64,000 nt of DNA from Mobula hypostoma (Eukaryota): contig NC_086098.1 of the NCBI RefSeq assembly GCF_963921235.1, positions 8,556,001 through 8,620,000 of the forward strand, read 5' to 3'. The position numbers were made by a program, and so were the translations under genes. The number at the start of each line of letters is the position of its first letter. Positions within the stretch are counted from its first letter, which is position 1. The notes beneath the pieces are model-generated. The model saw only the letters and a list, made by a program, of their open reading frames with translations, did not search any database and was not told the DNA's origin. Shown here piece by piece: positions 50,423 through 63,677 of the stretch.

Positions 50423-51195
50423 TGCTGATTCCCTGTCCTGTAATGTCTATCACCAAGACAGAAAAAAATCAGCAGATAAATGGGAAGACCATCATTTGCA
50501 GGTTCGGTTCCACAGTGCACACTATACAAATGTAGAACTATATTATTATACCCTAATGTTTCATTAGGCCAAATCCTGGACCTCCCAACAGCACACCCTA
50601 TCCCCGCCACCCCCTCACTGGCTCTAATTCTAGAAAAATCTTCACTGAAGGCCCTCAACTGCTCACTATAATCTTTCAATAGCAACTAGACTTGCCCAAT
50701 TAATACTTGCCTTGCTGGTTATGACCATATCCTATAAATAAATAAAAATCACCATTTAATAAAAAAGCACTAGGCCCTTTTTCAAAAGTCACATTTTAGT
50801 ATTCTACAACCACACAACCTTCTTTAATAACTTGGCTTCACTCCAGATTTGACATCTGAGCATTTAGCCAGCTAGAATCCACTTTCTGAAATTCTTTACC
50901 ATGTCTTTGCATGATCTCTCTCCTTATTTAGGATGCTAATAGTAACTTGACTATTTGACCAAATTTTAGGTTCCTTCAGAATCAGAATCAAGATTACTAT
51001 TACTGACCTAGATAACATGAAATTTGTTGTTTTGAGTCTTCATTTAAATTTCACTCTTCAGGTCTGTGTCTGTTTTAATCATGTTCCCTTGATGGCCCTC
51101 AGACTTTTTCAAGATATCAGAGGTTATGTAAGTGGGGTAAGATTTGTTTTGTTGCTTTGACAAGAAGTATTTTCTAAAATTGATGTTCTTGATTC

Positions 51196-52122
51196 CACTG
51201 GGCAACAAAATTTTGCTTACTGAATACCTGTGGATTTTGGGCTGCCAATCATGAAACTCACCATGAAATTTCCCTACCATGCACCATTTTTTTAAATTGC
51301 TTACATTTGTTATTTCAATTCATAACTGAAGACAGAATAGCTGCTGCCAAGATTAAGGAAGGCATTTTGTTGGTCCACAAATCAAACACTCCATCAATGA
51401 CAGGCAATTCAAGGAATTTCCAGCGAAACCTAAGAAAATCACATGGAAGGCACTCAAGGATGTTGTTGAAAATATTCTTGGCAACTACAGTGCAGTAGGT
51501 TGACAACATGCTTCAAGCATACAAAACCATGAAGTGCAACTAAAGATTCATTTTCTGCATTCCCATTTAGACTTCTTCCCTGCAAATCTTGGCACTGTCA
51601 GTGACAAGCATGGTGAAAGGTTTCAGTAGACATTGTAGTCATGTTGAAATGGTATCAGGGCAACTGGAATCCATCAATGCTGGCTGATTATTGTTGGACA
51701 CTTAAGTGAGAAGCCTCAGACACTGTTTAGTCGAGTCCGACTCTTCGTGACTTCAAGTGGTTTTCACGGCAAGGTACGGAAGTAGATGGCCAGGCCTTTC
51801 TTCTGCACATATATTCCTGCTGCCCAGGTTGGGACCCAGCTGGATTTGAACATCTACCTTGAAGTCCAGTGCTGATACTACTGCACCATCAGCAGGCCCA
51901 GACACTGAGTACAAATGAAATTATCAACAACACTATTGTAAAATGTCAGCACTGTTATGCAATTAAAGGCATCATATTCCATAAAAGTTCATTTTTTGTT
52001 TCTCCAAATTCCTACGTGATACAAGTAGTCTGAAATTCTATTGATGTTCATCTTCAAGTGCTCTCTCATAAATAAAAACAATTATGAGGAAGCTACACTT
52101 TCAAAAAAATTGTTGTCTAGTG
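51196..52122 (+). mobile_element. Chapaev3-type DNA transposon, internally deleted, retaining the transposase C-terminus
   Basis: TIRs CACTGGGCAACAAAATTTT / AAAAAATTGTTGTCTAGTG; 3-bp TSD TTC; AKIKEGI..GPQIK, KIHFLHSHLDFFPANLG.VSD.HGERF, MLADYCWTL. Confidence 0.8.
51726..51898 (-). mobile_element. tRNA-headed SINE with RTE-like tail, 9-bp TSD
   Basis: CAGACACTG at 51717-51725 and 51899-51907; B-box-like GTTCAAATCC and RTE-like GTCACGAAGAGTCGGAC tail on the minus strand. Confidence 0.7.
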
Positions 52123-52703
52123 TTCTTGCTTGCTGGTTACGTCTATTGCAAAGTAATAAATAGTTTCAGAGTCATGCTTGCAAGATCTCTGTGTTTCATA
52201 TTTCAGAGTCTACAACTCTATTCTTTCAACCTGAGTTGCTATTGCTTATCTATTATGTCTTCTCTAACCGAGTAACGGCTTGTGCACAAGAGAATATTTG
52301 TCTTTTGTCGCCATCACTTGGTCTTGAGAGGAAGTACACATGCAGATTCTCTTGTGAGTTGGCAAATCAATAACCTTTTCCCTGCTGCCATGGCTTAACA
52401 ACTTTTCGAATGATTAATGTTCCAAGTTGGCCCATGATCAATCAGATTTCTATTAGCCTCACAAAAATACTCATGGAAAAAGATTGGTTACATACTATAA
52501 ACTGGTTTCCAGCTCCTCACAGGCAGCAAGATCCTCAGTAGTGTTTTTCCTCCTCAATGATCATTTGCAGAGGTATCTACATGAGTCAGGAGACCTTGTG
52601 CTGGAAGGTGGAATTATCCTTTTCGACCAGCATAGAAATGATAGGCCTAATGGCCTCTTCTTGTCAAATATTTTCAATTATTCTATCATATGGTCTGAAT
52701 TGA

Positions 52704-52876
52704 GAAACATAGAAACATAGAAAATAGGTGCAGGAGTAGGCCATTCAGCCCTTCGAGCCTGCACTGCCATTCAGCATGATCATGGCTGATCATCCAACTC
52801 AGAACCCTGTACCTGCCTTCTCTCCATACCCCTCGATCCCTTTAGCCACAAGGGCCATATCTAACTCCCTCTTAAA
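52704..52876 (-). mobile_element. Young CR1 3' tail
   Basis: GAAACATAGAAACATAGAAAATAGGTGCAGGAGTAGGCC. Confidence 0.85.
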
Positions 52877-52982
52877 GATCAATTATTTCTAGACTACAAT
52901 TCAATCATGGTCTTCCCAATTTTCCTTTTGAATGTAAATCCAGGAAAGACTTTTAGAAGGTTTAACAAGAGCCCACTGCACA

Positions 52983-53312
52983 ACGGTGGCACAGTAGCGT
53001 AACACTGTAAAGCGCTAGCTGTGCGATTGGGGTTCACTTCCCATCACTGTTTGTAAGGAGTTTGTACATTTTGAATCAAGGGCATTGATGAATCAGCATA
53101 TAGGAGGGAGAAAGAAATCTGGCTGAGTGGTGCCATAACACATACCAAGGATACATGAGTTAGGGTTGGTAAGTTGTGGGCATGCTATGTTGGCGCCGGA
53201 AACACTTCGATGTCTTCCCCCAGCATATCTCAGACAGTGTGGGTCGTTGATGCAAATAACATATTTCACTGTATGTTTCAATGTACATGTGACAAACAAT
53301 GCTAATCTTACT
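52983..53312 (+). mobile_element. V-SINE pieces
   Basis: GGTGGCACAGTAG head, GTAAGGAGTTTGTAC V-domain start, tail 53160-53312. Confidence 0.6.
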
Positions 53313-53399
53313 TACTCAAAATGCAGCAATTTGGGCGTACAATTCATGTGCAAAAGATAACAAACTGAGCAAACACAAAAAGAAAGAATTAACAATAAT

Positions 53400-53660
53400 A
53401 AATAAATAAACAATCAATATGGAGACCATGAGATGAAGAGTTCTGGAAAGTCAGTCCATTGGTTGTGGGAACGTTTCAATGATGGGGCAAGTGAAGTTAA
53501 ACTCTGGTTTAGGCGCCTGATGGTTGAGGGACAGTAACTGTTCCTGAACCTATTGGTGTGGGTTCTGAAGCACCTGCACCTTCTTCCTGATGGCAATAGT
53601 GAGTGCAGGATAGTGGAAGTCCCTGATAATGGATGCTGCTTTCATGTAAATATGCTCAAC
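53400..53660 (-). mobile_element. Rex1/Babar 3' fragment
   Basis: LPSGRR.R..RTHTNRFRNSY.PSTIRRLN. Confidence 0.7.
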
Positions 53661-54614
53661 GGACTAGGACCTAATTCATCAATGTCCTCTTTAGCTTGTC
53701 GATCAAAAAAATACTTTACTTGGAGAAATACTTTACTTAGCTAACTAATTTAATTTGCAACTTCTGAGTTGAATTTTTTAAGGTAACTTGTAAGGTTAGC
53801 AAAGGTAGTGTGTTTGATGTGCAAATGGATATTACAAAAGCTTATGACAAGATTCCACAGGATAACACATACAAAATGTTGGAAGGATATTTTGTCTTGA
53901 TGAAGGGTCTCAGCCTGAAACATTGACTGTTTATTCCTTTCCATCGATGTCGCCTGACCTGATGATTTCCTCTAGAATTTTGTAGGGTTACTCTGGATAT
54001 TATATTATCCACAGCATTGTAAATTTTAAGTTGACCCATTCAGGCCTAAATATTTAATCGCTGTGGAGGATTTTTTTTTACTTTTGACAGGTGGGCAGGT
54101 AGGGAATGCGGGGGTGTGGAGATACTGCTTGGCATTTGAGGCTCGTGGCTGTGATAGGAATTCACTCTGGGACTGCAGGAAGAGGTCCTGACCTTTCTTC
54201 TCTGACAATTGACTCTGCTCTCCTCAACTAATCAACGTGTCATCCCACAGATTACATCAGATGCAATCTCCACTGTGTAGGAGGTGGCCCAGTTCTGTCC
54301 CTAATCTTTTCAAGTTCTCACTTTTAATCACCGCTGCGGTCCCTCGCCAGGACCGCTTGCACACTCATTCTGAGGAGATTCAAATGTGAGTGCAAGGGAT
54401 GGCTAAGGAACAGCACGGCTGGTGAGTTCTTGTCTGGAGTATGCTGCATTGTGATATGCAAAGAAGAAATTGGCGTGCTTCTGATTCAGTGTTAGCGTAG
54501 TGTGTTCTGCTGACATTGGTCACAGTGTATAGCTGGGTGATATGAGACAGATGTAAGATGCCTTATTCCATTCATTTTTATGAATGACTGAAACTGCTCT
54601 ACAACAAATGAGGA

Positions 54615-55045
54615 TGATTACGGGAATGAAGGGTTAACATATGAGAAGTGTTTGGCAGTTTTGGGTCTGAACTCACTGGAATTTTGAAGAATGCGGGGTG
54701 GGGGGTGATCTCATTGAAATCTACCAAACGGTGAAAGGACTAGATAAGGTGGACGTGGAGAGGATGGTGGGGGTACCCAGAGCTAGAGGGCGCTGCCTCA
54801 AAATTGTGGGGTGACCGTTTCAAACAGAGGTAAGGAGGATTTTTGTTTAGCCAGAAAGAAGTAAATCTGTGGAATGTTCTGCCTCAGACTGTGGTGGAGG
54901 CCAAGTCCGTGAGTATACTTAAGGCAGAAGTTGATCAGAGAAGGCAGGTGTATAGGATTCTGCAGGATGCAGGATCAGCCATGATGGAATGGCGGAGCAG
55001 ACTCGATGGACAGAATGGCCTAATTCTGCTCCTATGTTTTATGGG
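54615..55045 (+). mobile_element. CR1 3' fragment
   Basis: GDLIEIY, VNLWNVLPQ, GGCCTAATTCTGCTCC tail. Confidence 0.75.
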
Positions 55046-55049
55046 CTAA

Positions 55050-55670
55050 ACTGTGGTCCATTGTCACTGACCTTGAGAAGAGACTTCTCAACACATCAAC
55101 AGTGTGCGAGACTGTAGTGGAGGCTATTAGGATCACTTCTGGCCACTTTGTAGCTGCATCCACTACAACCAAGAATCATGTGCCCATGAACGGTCCAGCA
55201 AAGTTCACATGAATCATCTGCCATGGTAATGCAGGATATTCCCAGGGATTGAGAGCTGTTGCTCCTGGCATCTTCTGGATGTGTATGGCAAGCTGTTCGA
55301 TCTGCTGATAATATCCCAGTCCACCAGACAAAACTTCAAGCCGATGCCTTTCATTTCGATCATGCCTAAATGACTGGCGTGTAACTCCTCCAACACTTTA
55401 ACTCTCAGCTTGGGTGGTACAGCAAATTTCAATCCCCACATAAAGCAACCCCCTGATAAGGGCAACTTCATCCTGACATGGTAAAAGTAGGGAAGATGGA
55501 GTTTCTGCTGCACATTCCAGACATTTAGGATTGCCATATAGACCTGAGACAGTGTGGGGTTTTTTCTGGTTTCCCTGTGGATCCCCTCAATAGAGAGACA
55601 TTCGTTTTGGGAGAATACATCAAAAGGAGTGTCCTCTTTTCTAAATATTTCAGGTATTTCCTTTCACAAG
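55050..55670 (-). mobile_element. Gypsy/Ty3 integrase region, decayed
   Basis: VPPKLRVKVLEELHASHLG..MK; HV.FAGPF.G..FLVVVDA.TKWPEV. Confidence 0.75.
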
Positions 55671-55895
55671 GCTCAACGAGGCTGCTGTTGCGTGAATGAA
55701 GTCACCAGAGCAAAGTACTGGTAGTTATAAAGCAGCCTCTTTATTTGACAAAACTAGATACAGCAGGCCTCACATGGAGATCCTTTTGGTAGGAAAAAGG
55801 TCTGCCTGGACCAACCCGACAGAACATTTATGTGCAAAAGATCAAAGGAAATTCAGGAAAATTCAAACAAATCCATATTTTCAAAGGCTTCTTAT

Positions 55896-58800
55896 AGAAC
55901 ATAGAACTTAGAATAGCACAGTACAGGCCCTTCAGCCCACAATGTTGTGCCGACCCTCAAACCCTGCCTCCCATATAAACCCTCACCTTAAATTCCTCCA
56001 TATACCTGTCTAGTAGTCTCTTAAACTTCACTAGTGTATCTGCCTCCACCACTGACTCAGGCAGTGCATTCCACGCACCAACCACACTCTGAGTAAAAAA
56101 CCTTCCTCCAATATCCCCCTTGAACTTCCCACCCCTTACCTTAAAGCCATTTCCTCTTGTATTGAGCAGTGGTGCCCTGGGGAAGAGGCGCTGGCTATCT
56201 ACTCTATATATTCCTCTTAATAGAAACATAGAAACATAGAAAATAGGTGCAGGAGTAGGCCATTTGGCCCTTCAAGACTGCGCCGCCATTTATTATAATC
56301 ATGGCTGATCATCCAACTCAGAACCCCGCCCCAGCCTTCCCTGATCCCCGTAGCCACAAGGGCCATATCTAACTCCCTCTTAAATATAGCCAATGAACTG
56401 GCCTCAACTGTTTCCTGTGGCAGAGAATTCCACAGATTCACCACTCTCTGTGTGAAGAAGTTTTTCCTAATCTCAGTCCTAAAAGGCTTCCCCTTTATCC
56501 TCAAACTGTGACCCCTTGTTCTGGACTTCCCCAACATCGGGAACAATCTTCCCACATCTAGCCTGTCCAATCCCTTCAGGATTTTATACGTTTCAATGAG
56601 ATCCCCCCTCAATCTTCTAAATTCCAATGAGTACAAGCCCAGTTCATCCAGTCTTTCTTCATATGAAAGTCCTGCCATCCCAGGAATCAATCTGGTGAAC
56701 CTTCTTTGTACTCCCTCTATGGCAAGGATGTCTTTCCTCAGATTAGGGGACCAAAACTGCACACAATACTCCAGGTGTGGTCTCACCAAGGCCTTGTACA
56801 ACTGCAGTAGTACCTCCCTGCTCCTGTACTCGAATCCTCTCGCTATAAATGCCAGCATACCATTCGCCTTTTCACCGCCTGCTGTACCTGCATGCCCACT
56901 TTCAATGACTGGTGTATAATGACACCCAGGTCCCGTTGCACCTCCCCTTTTCCTAATTGGCCACCATTCAGATAATAATCTGTTTTCCTATTTTTGCCAC
57001 CAAAGTGGATAACTTCACATTTATCCACATTAAATTGCATCTGCCATGAATTTGCCCACTCACCCAACCTATCCAAGTCACTCTGCATCCTCTTAGCATC
57101 CTCCCACAGCTAACACTGCCACCCAGCTTCGTGTCATCCGCAAACTTGGAGATGCTGCATTTAATTCCCTCATCCAAGTCATTAATATATATTGTAAACA
57201 ACTGGGGTCCCAGCACTGAGCTTTGCGGTACCCCACTAGTCATCGCCTGCCATTCTGAAAAGGTCCCGTTTATTCCCACTCTTTGCTTCCTGTCTGCTAA
57301 CCAATTCTCGATCCACATCAATACCTTACTCCCAATACCGTGTGCTTTAAGTTTGCACACTAATCTCCTGTGTGGGACCTTGTCAAAAGCCTTTTGAAAA
57401 TCCAAATATACCACATCCACTGGTTCTCCCCTATCCACTCTACTAGTTACATCCTCAAAAAATTCTATGAGATTCGTCAGACATGATTTTCCTTTCACAA
57501 ATCCATGCTGACTTTGTCCGATGATTTCACCACTTTCCAAATGTGCTGTGATCACATCTTTGATAAATGACTCCAGCAGTTTCCCCACCACCGACTTTAG
57601 GCTAACCGGTCTATAATTCCCCGGTTTCTCTCTCCCTCCTTTTTTAAAAAGTGGGGTTACATTAGCCACCCTCCAATCCTCAGGAACTAGTCCAGAATCT
57701 AACGAGTTTTGAAAAATTATCACTAATGCATCCACTATTTCTTGGGCTACTTCCTTAAGCACTCTAGGATGCAGACCATCTGGCCCTGGGGATTTATCTG
57801 CCTTCAATCCCTTCAATTTACCTAACACCACTTCCCTACTAACATGTATTTCGCTCAGTTCCTCCATCTCACTGGACTCTCTGTCCCCTACTATTTCTGG
57901 AAGATTATTTATGTCCTCCTTAGTGAAGACAGAACCAAAGTAATTATTCAATTGGTCTGCCATGTCCTTGCTCCCCATAATCAATTCACCTGTTTCTGTC
58001 TGTAGGGGACCTACATTTGTCTTTACCAGTCTTTTCCTTTTTACATATCTATAAAAGCTTTTACAGTCAGTTTTTATGTTCCCTGCCAGTTTTCTCTCAT
58101 AATATTTTTTCCCCTTCCTAATTAAGCCCTTTGTCCTCCTCTGCTGAACTCTGAATTTCTCCCAGTCCTCAGGTGAGCCACTTTTTCTGGCTAATTTGTA
58201 TGCTTCTTCTTTGAAATTGATACTATCCCTAATTTCTCTTGTCAGCCATGGGTGCACTACCTTCCTTGATTTATTCTTTTGCCAAACTGGGATGAACAAT
58301 TGTTGAAGTTCATCCATGCAACCTTTAAATGCTTGCCATTGCATATCCATCGTCAATCATTTAAGTGTCATTTGCCAGTCTATCTTAGCTAATTCACGTC
58401 TCATACCTTCAAAGTTACCCCTCTTTAAGTTCAGAACCTTTGTTTCTGAATTAACTATGTCACTCTCCATCTTAATGAAGAATTCCACCATATTATGGTC
58501 ACTCTTACCCAAGGGACCTCTCACGACAAGATTGCTAATTAACCCTTCCTCATTGCTCAAAACCCAGTCCAGAATAGCCTGCTCTCTAGTTGGTTCCTCG
58601 ACATGTTGGTTCAAAAAACCATCCCGCATACATTCCAAGAAATCCTCTTCCTCAGCACCTTTACCAATTTGGTTCACCCAATCTACATGTAGATTGAAGT
58701 CACCCATTATAACTGCTGTTCCTTTATTGCACACATTTCTAATTTCCTGTTTAATACCATCTCCGACCTCACTACTACTGTTAGGTGGCCTGTACACAAC

Positions 58801-61062
58801 TCCCACCAGCGTCTTCTGCCCCTTAGTGTTACGCAGCTCTACCCATATCGATTCCACATCTTCCTGGCTTATGTCCTTCCTTTCTATTGCGTTAATCTCT
58901 TCTTTAACCAGCATCGCCACCCCACCTCCCCTTCCTTCATGTCTATCCCTCCTGAATATTGACTATCCCTGAACGTTGAGCTCCCATCCTTGGTCACCCT
59001 GGAGCCATGTCTCTGTGATCCCAACTATATCATAATCATTAATAACAATCTGCATTTTCAGTTCATCCACCTTATTACGAATGCTCCTTGCATTGACACA
59101 TAAAGCCTTCAGGCGCTCTTTTACAACTCTCTTAGCCCTTATACAATTATGTTGAAAAGTGGCGCTTTTTAATGCTTGCCCTGGATTCGTCGGCCTGCCA
59201 CTTTAGCTTTTCTCCTTAGTACTTTTTGCTTCTACCCTCACTTTACACCCCTCTGTCTCTCTGCACTGGTTCCATCCCCCTGTTGTGAACTAACCTCCTC
59301 ACGCCTAGCCTCTTTAAGTTGATTCCCACCCCACAACCATTCTAGTTTAAAGTCACCTCAGTAGCCCTCGCTAATCTCCCTGCCAGGATATTGGTCCCTC
59401 TAGGATTCAAGTGTAACCCGTCCTTTTTGTACAGGTCACACCTGCACCTAAAGAGGTCCCAATGATCCAAAAACTTGAATCCCTGCCCCCTGCTCCAATC
59501 CCTCAGCCACGCATTTATCCTCCACCTCATCGCATTCCTACTCTCACTGTCGTGTGGCACGGGCAGTAATCACGAGATTACTACCTTTGCGGTCCTTTTT
59601 TTCAACTCCCTTCCTAGCTCCCTATATTCTCCTTTCAGGACCTCTTCCCTTTTCCTACCTATGTCATTGCTACCTATATGTACCACGACCTCTGGCTCCT
59701 CACCCTCCCACTTCAGGATATCTTGGACACGATCAGAAATATCCCGGACCCCTGGCACCAGGGAGGCAAACTACCATCCGGGTCTCTGGACTGCGTCCAC
59801 AGAATCGCCTATCTGACCCCCTTACTATCGAGTCCCCTATCACAACTGCCCTCCTCTTCCTTGCCCTAACCTTCTGAGCTGCAGGGCCGTGTCGGAGGCA
59901 CGGCCACTGTCACTTCCCCCGGGTAAGCTGTTCCCCCCAACAGTACTCAAACAGGAGTACCTATTGTTAAGGGGCACAGCCACCGGGGTACTCTCTATTA
60001 CCTGACTCTTCCCTTTCCCCCTCCTAACCGTCTTGTGTTTTGTATACTTCTATCATGTATACCTCTATCATGTCTCCTCTCAACCTCCTTCTCTGCAAAG
60101 AGTAAAGCCCTAGCTCCCTTAATCTCTGATCATAATCCATACTCTCTAAACCAGGCAGCATCCTGGTAAATCTCCTCTGTACCTTTTCCAATGCTTCCAC
60201 ATCCTTCCAATAGTGAGGTGACCAGATCTGGACACAGTACTCCAAGTGTGGCCTAACCAGAGTTTTATAGAGCTGCATCATTACCTCGCGACTCTTAAAC
60301 TCTATCCCTCGACTTATCCCCTGCTAACACCCCATAAGCTTTCTTAACTAACTTATCTAACTGTGAGGCAACTTTCAGGGATCTGTGGACACGTACCGCC
60401 ATATTCCTCTGCTTCTCCACACTACCAAGTATCCTGCCATTTACTTTTTACTCTGCTTTGGAGTTTGTCCTTCCAAAGTGTAGAACCTCACACTTCTCTG
60501 GGTTGAACTCCATCTGCCACTTCTCAGCCCACTTCTGCATCCTATCAATGTCTCTCTGCAATCTTCGACAATCCTCTACACTATCTACAGCACCACCAAC
60601 CTTAGTGTCGTCTGCAAACTTGCCAGCCCACCCTTCTACCCCAACACCTAGGTCGTTAATAAAAATCACGAAAAGTAGAGGTCCCAGAACCAATCCTTGT
60701 GGGACACCACTAGTCACAACCCTCCAATCCGAATGTACTCCCTCCACCACGACCCTCTGCCTTCTGCAGGCAAGCCAATTCTGAATCCACCTGGCCAAAC
60801 TTCCCTGGATCCCATGCCTTCTGACTTTCTGAATAAGCCTACTGTGTGGAACCTTGTCAAATGCCTTACTAAAATACATGTAGATCACATCCACTGCACT
60901 CCCCTCATCTATATGCCTGGTGACCTCATCAAAGAACTCTATCAGGCTTGTTAGATACGATCTGCCCTTCACAAAGCCATGCTGACTGTCCCTGATCAGA
61001 CCATGATTCTCTAAATGCCCATAGATCCTATCTCTAAGAATCTTTTTCAACAGCTTTCCCAG
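55896..61062 (-). mobile_element. CR1 (55896-56220, 60030-61062) split by a long young CR1
   Basis: C-terminal ORF2 peptide continues from 60024-60281 to 55957-56229; RT 60448-61060. Confidence 0.8.
56221..60028 (-). mobile_element. Young long CR1: ORF1 esterase part and near-complete ORF2 (few stops/frameshifts)
   Basis: ORFs 59342-59758 (HIGSND, KDGLHLN), 58357-58920 (EN), 56968-58356 (RT), 56217-56858. Confidence 0.92.
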
Positions 61063-61089
61063 CTTTCTTTGAGCTACACATGTGACAAT

Positions 61090-61620
61090 TTCAAATCCCA
61101 CCATCACACCCATCCTTGTGAACTGCCTCTGAACCCTCTCCAATGGCAGCACATCTTTTCTTAGATAAGGAGGCCAAAACTGTTCACAACACCTGAGATA
61201 AGGCCTCAGGTTACATCCCTGCTTTAGTATTCCAGACCTCTTGAAATGAATGAATGCTAACTTGACATTTGCCTTCCTCACCACCGACTCTACCTGCAAG
61301 TTAAACTTTAGGGTGTTCTGCACAAGGACTCCCAAGTCCCTTAATATCTCAGATTTTTGCATTTTCTCCATTTAGAAAATAGTCCATACATTTATTTCTA
61401 CTAACAAAGTGCATGGCCATGCATTTTCCAACATTGTATTTCATTTGCCACTGTCTTGCCCATTCTCCTAATCTGTCTTAAGTCCCTCTGCAGCCTACCT
61501 GTTTCCTCAACACTACCTGTCCCTCCACCAATCTTCATATCATCTGCAAACTTGTCAACAAACCCATCTATTCCATCATCTAAATCATTGATATACAGCA
61601 TAAAAAGAAGCGATCCCAAC
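61090..61620 (-). mobile_element. CR1 RT fragment
   Basis: YINDLDDG..KFADDMKIGG. Confidence 0.75.
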
Positions 61621-61624
61621 ACCT

Positions 61625-63275
61625 CGGGCTTCAGATGTAACTCGCCATCTGTTTTACAGCTTTGTAAAACTTGGGAGTGGGATTTTAATTTAACAATATT
61701 TTAACTTTGATATGTTTGAATTTTCTGTGCCAACCTTGAGCACTGCTGTTGCATCATTCAGTACCTTTAATTCGCTTTCAGTTGACTCTCTTGCAGGGGA
61801 TGTGGCATGCAAATAGTGGATGGATCTCCAATCAAGTTGTAGTTGTCTCAGCCATTCATGGCTCCACAATGCTGGCCCTCCTGTTTTTACGACAAACAAG
61901 CTCAATGTGGCTTGTTGGTTGTTATATTTCATTCCCACAGGAGTTATCTTCTCTCTAGTAAGTTCTTAGTTGGATGTCTATAGTCTTCAGTTCAGTATCT
62001 TCGAAATGCTGTTCAAATTCATTTTGTGGAATGACTGAAACAACCAAGCCAGTGTCCAATTCCATTTTAATTAATTTGCCATTTTCTTCTGATGTAAGCC
62101 ATATTGCTTGTCTCTGGTTAGTTTTCACATTGTAAGTTTCAAGGATACTCATTCCTGTGTCACTCTCATTGTTATCAGATTTTTTTCATCAATAGCATGC
62201 AGATTAGTACTCTTTTTGAAACTGCAGCTTTACTTCTTACCTTTATCTCATCTCCATTTATTTTTGTCTGCCTGACATACAAAGGAGGGGAGGAGAAGAT
62301 GGCTGTGCGATGCAGCGCGCGCGGCCGCTCCGGAATGATATCGGTATTTGTTAAGTAGGTACCGTGCACAATCCTGATTTGATGGAGGCAGTCGTGAGAA
62401 GCATGGAGGAACATCAGGAGAAACTTCTGAAATGCCCGCTTGGCTGCCGCTGCTACTGTGCGATCGAGAATATCCGGAGGGGAAGGCCCCAAATCCTCGG
62501 CTTTGCCTATTGCTTGGCAGCCGGGGCCAGGATCGATGCGCTTGGCAGAGATGGCGCTCGGTGTCGGGGGGCTGGTCGGAGGCTCGAAGTTTTCGGACAG
62601 ACTCAAGAGTAGGCTGTGGTCAGGTGCTTCCAGGGTGCTGCATCGGCAAGTTTGCAGCGCCGGACGCTCATGGCAGAGAGAGTTTTTTTTCCTTCTACCA
62701 TCTACGTGAGATGATGGGACTTTTGAGAGACTTTGAGACTTTTTTTACTGTGCCCATGGTCTGGTCTTTATCAAATTACGGTATTGGTTTGCACTGTTGT
62801 AACTATATGTTATAATTATGTGTTTTTTGTCAGTTTTTCAGTCTTGGTTTGTCTTGTGTTTCTGTGATATCATACTGGAGAAACATTGTATCATTTCTTA
62901 ATGTGTGCATTACTAAATGACAATAAAAGAGGACTGCGTGTCCTCATAATCTAATCTATACTATTTGTATCTGACCAACTTTGTTGCATTTTCTGCAAGT
63001 TTCACCTTTAAACCTGCAGTGGTCTGGTGTATGTGAGCCACTGCCACAATGGTAACACAAATTATTCAGCCTGGCATGTTTCTGCTCAGATATTGCAATT
63101 TTGTTCACACTCACTTTTATTCCTGACTGCAACTCAATTGCATCTCTGTCTGCTGTTTCCACTGATACAGTGATTTCAACTGCTCCTTTAAATGTGGGTT
63201 GTGCTTCAGTTAGGAATCGTTTTTGAATGCCTTCTTGTAAGATTCCACAAACTAAACAGTCTCTCAGTGCATTCC
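61625..63275 (-). mobile_element. Gypsy/Ty3 gag zinc knuckle and protease, decayed
   Basis: CYHCGSGSH...CRFK..TCRKCNK.G; MELDTG..VSVI; LRTY; GPAL....WL..L.LDW. Confidence 0.8.
62284..62957 (+). mobile_element. Non-autonomous non-LTR element, full length, inserted in Gypsy gag
   Basis: GGAGAAGATGGC 5' end, AATAAA, (CTAAT)n tail; homologous to 11139-11765. Confidence 0.8.
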
Positions 63276-63670
63276 CGTCAGATCGCCGGCAGGTGGGAAG
63301 AGTGGGCTACCTCACATCTGCCCCTCTGACCCTCCACACAGGAGCCCCTCAGGACTGTGTACTAAGTCCCCTCCTTTACTCCCTGTATACCCATGACTGT
63401 GTTGCTACCCACAGCTCTAATCTGCTAACTAAATTTGCCAACTTCACAACATTGATTGGCCTAATCTCAAATAATATTAACATGGCTTACAGGTAAGAAG
63501 TTATCTCTCTGACACAGTGGTATCAAGAAAGCAACCCCTCCCTCAATGTTGCAAAAACAAAGGAGCTGGTTGTGAACTACAGGAGGAATGGAGACAGGTT
63601 AACCCCTATAGACATCAATGGATCTGGGGTTGATAGGGTGAACAGCTTTAAATTCCTCAGCATATCACCG
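63276..63670 (+). mobile_element. Rex1/Babar RT fragment
   Basis: TGAPQ.CVLSPLLYSLYTHDC...KFA..TT.IGLI; LNV.KTKELVV. Confidence 0.85.
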
Positions 63671-63677
63671 GGATCTC

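Noticed and set aside
50036..50685. Overlapping ORFs of 115-146 aa
   Set aside because: Produced by the (GACA)n microsatellite and a SINE.
47440..54600. Several AG...GT-bounded candidate micro-exons in unique stretches (e.g. ~47883, ~51062, ~52207, ~54091)
   Set aside because: Splice-like dinucleotides are common and the translations were unrecognisable.
60448..61371. 307-aa ORF with scrambled RT domain order
   Set aside because: Read-through across adjacent CR1 fragments (junction ~61060-61090).
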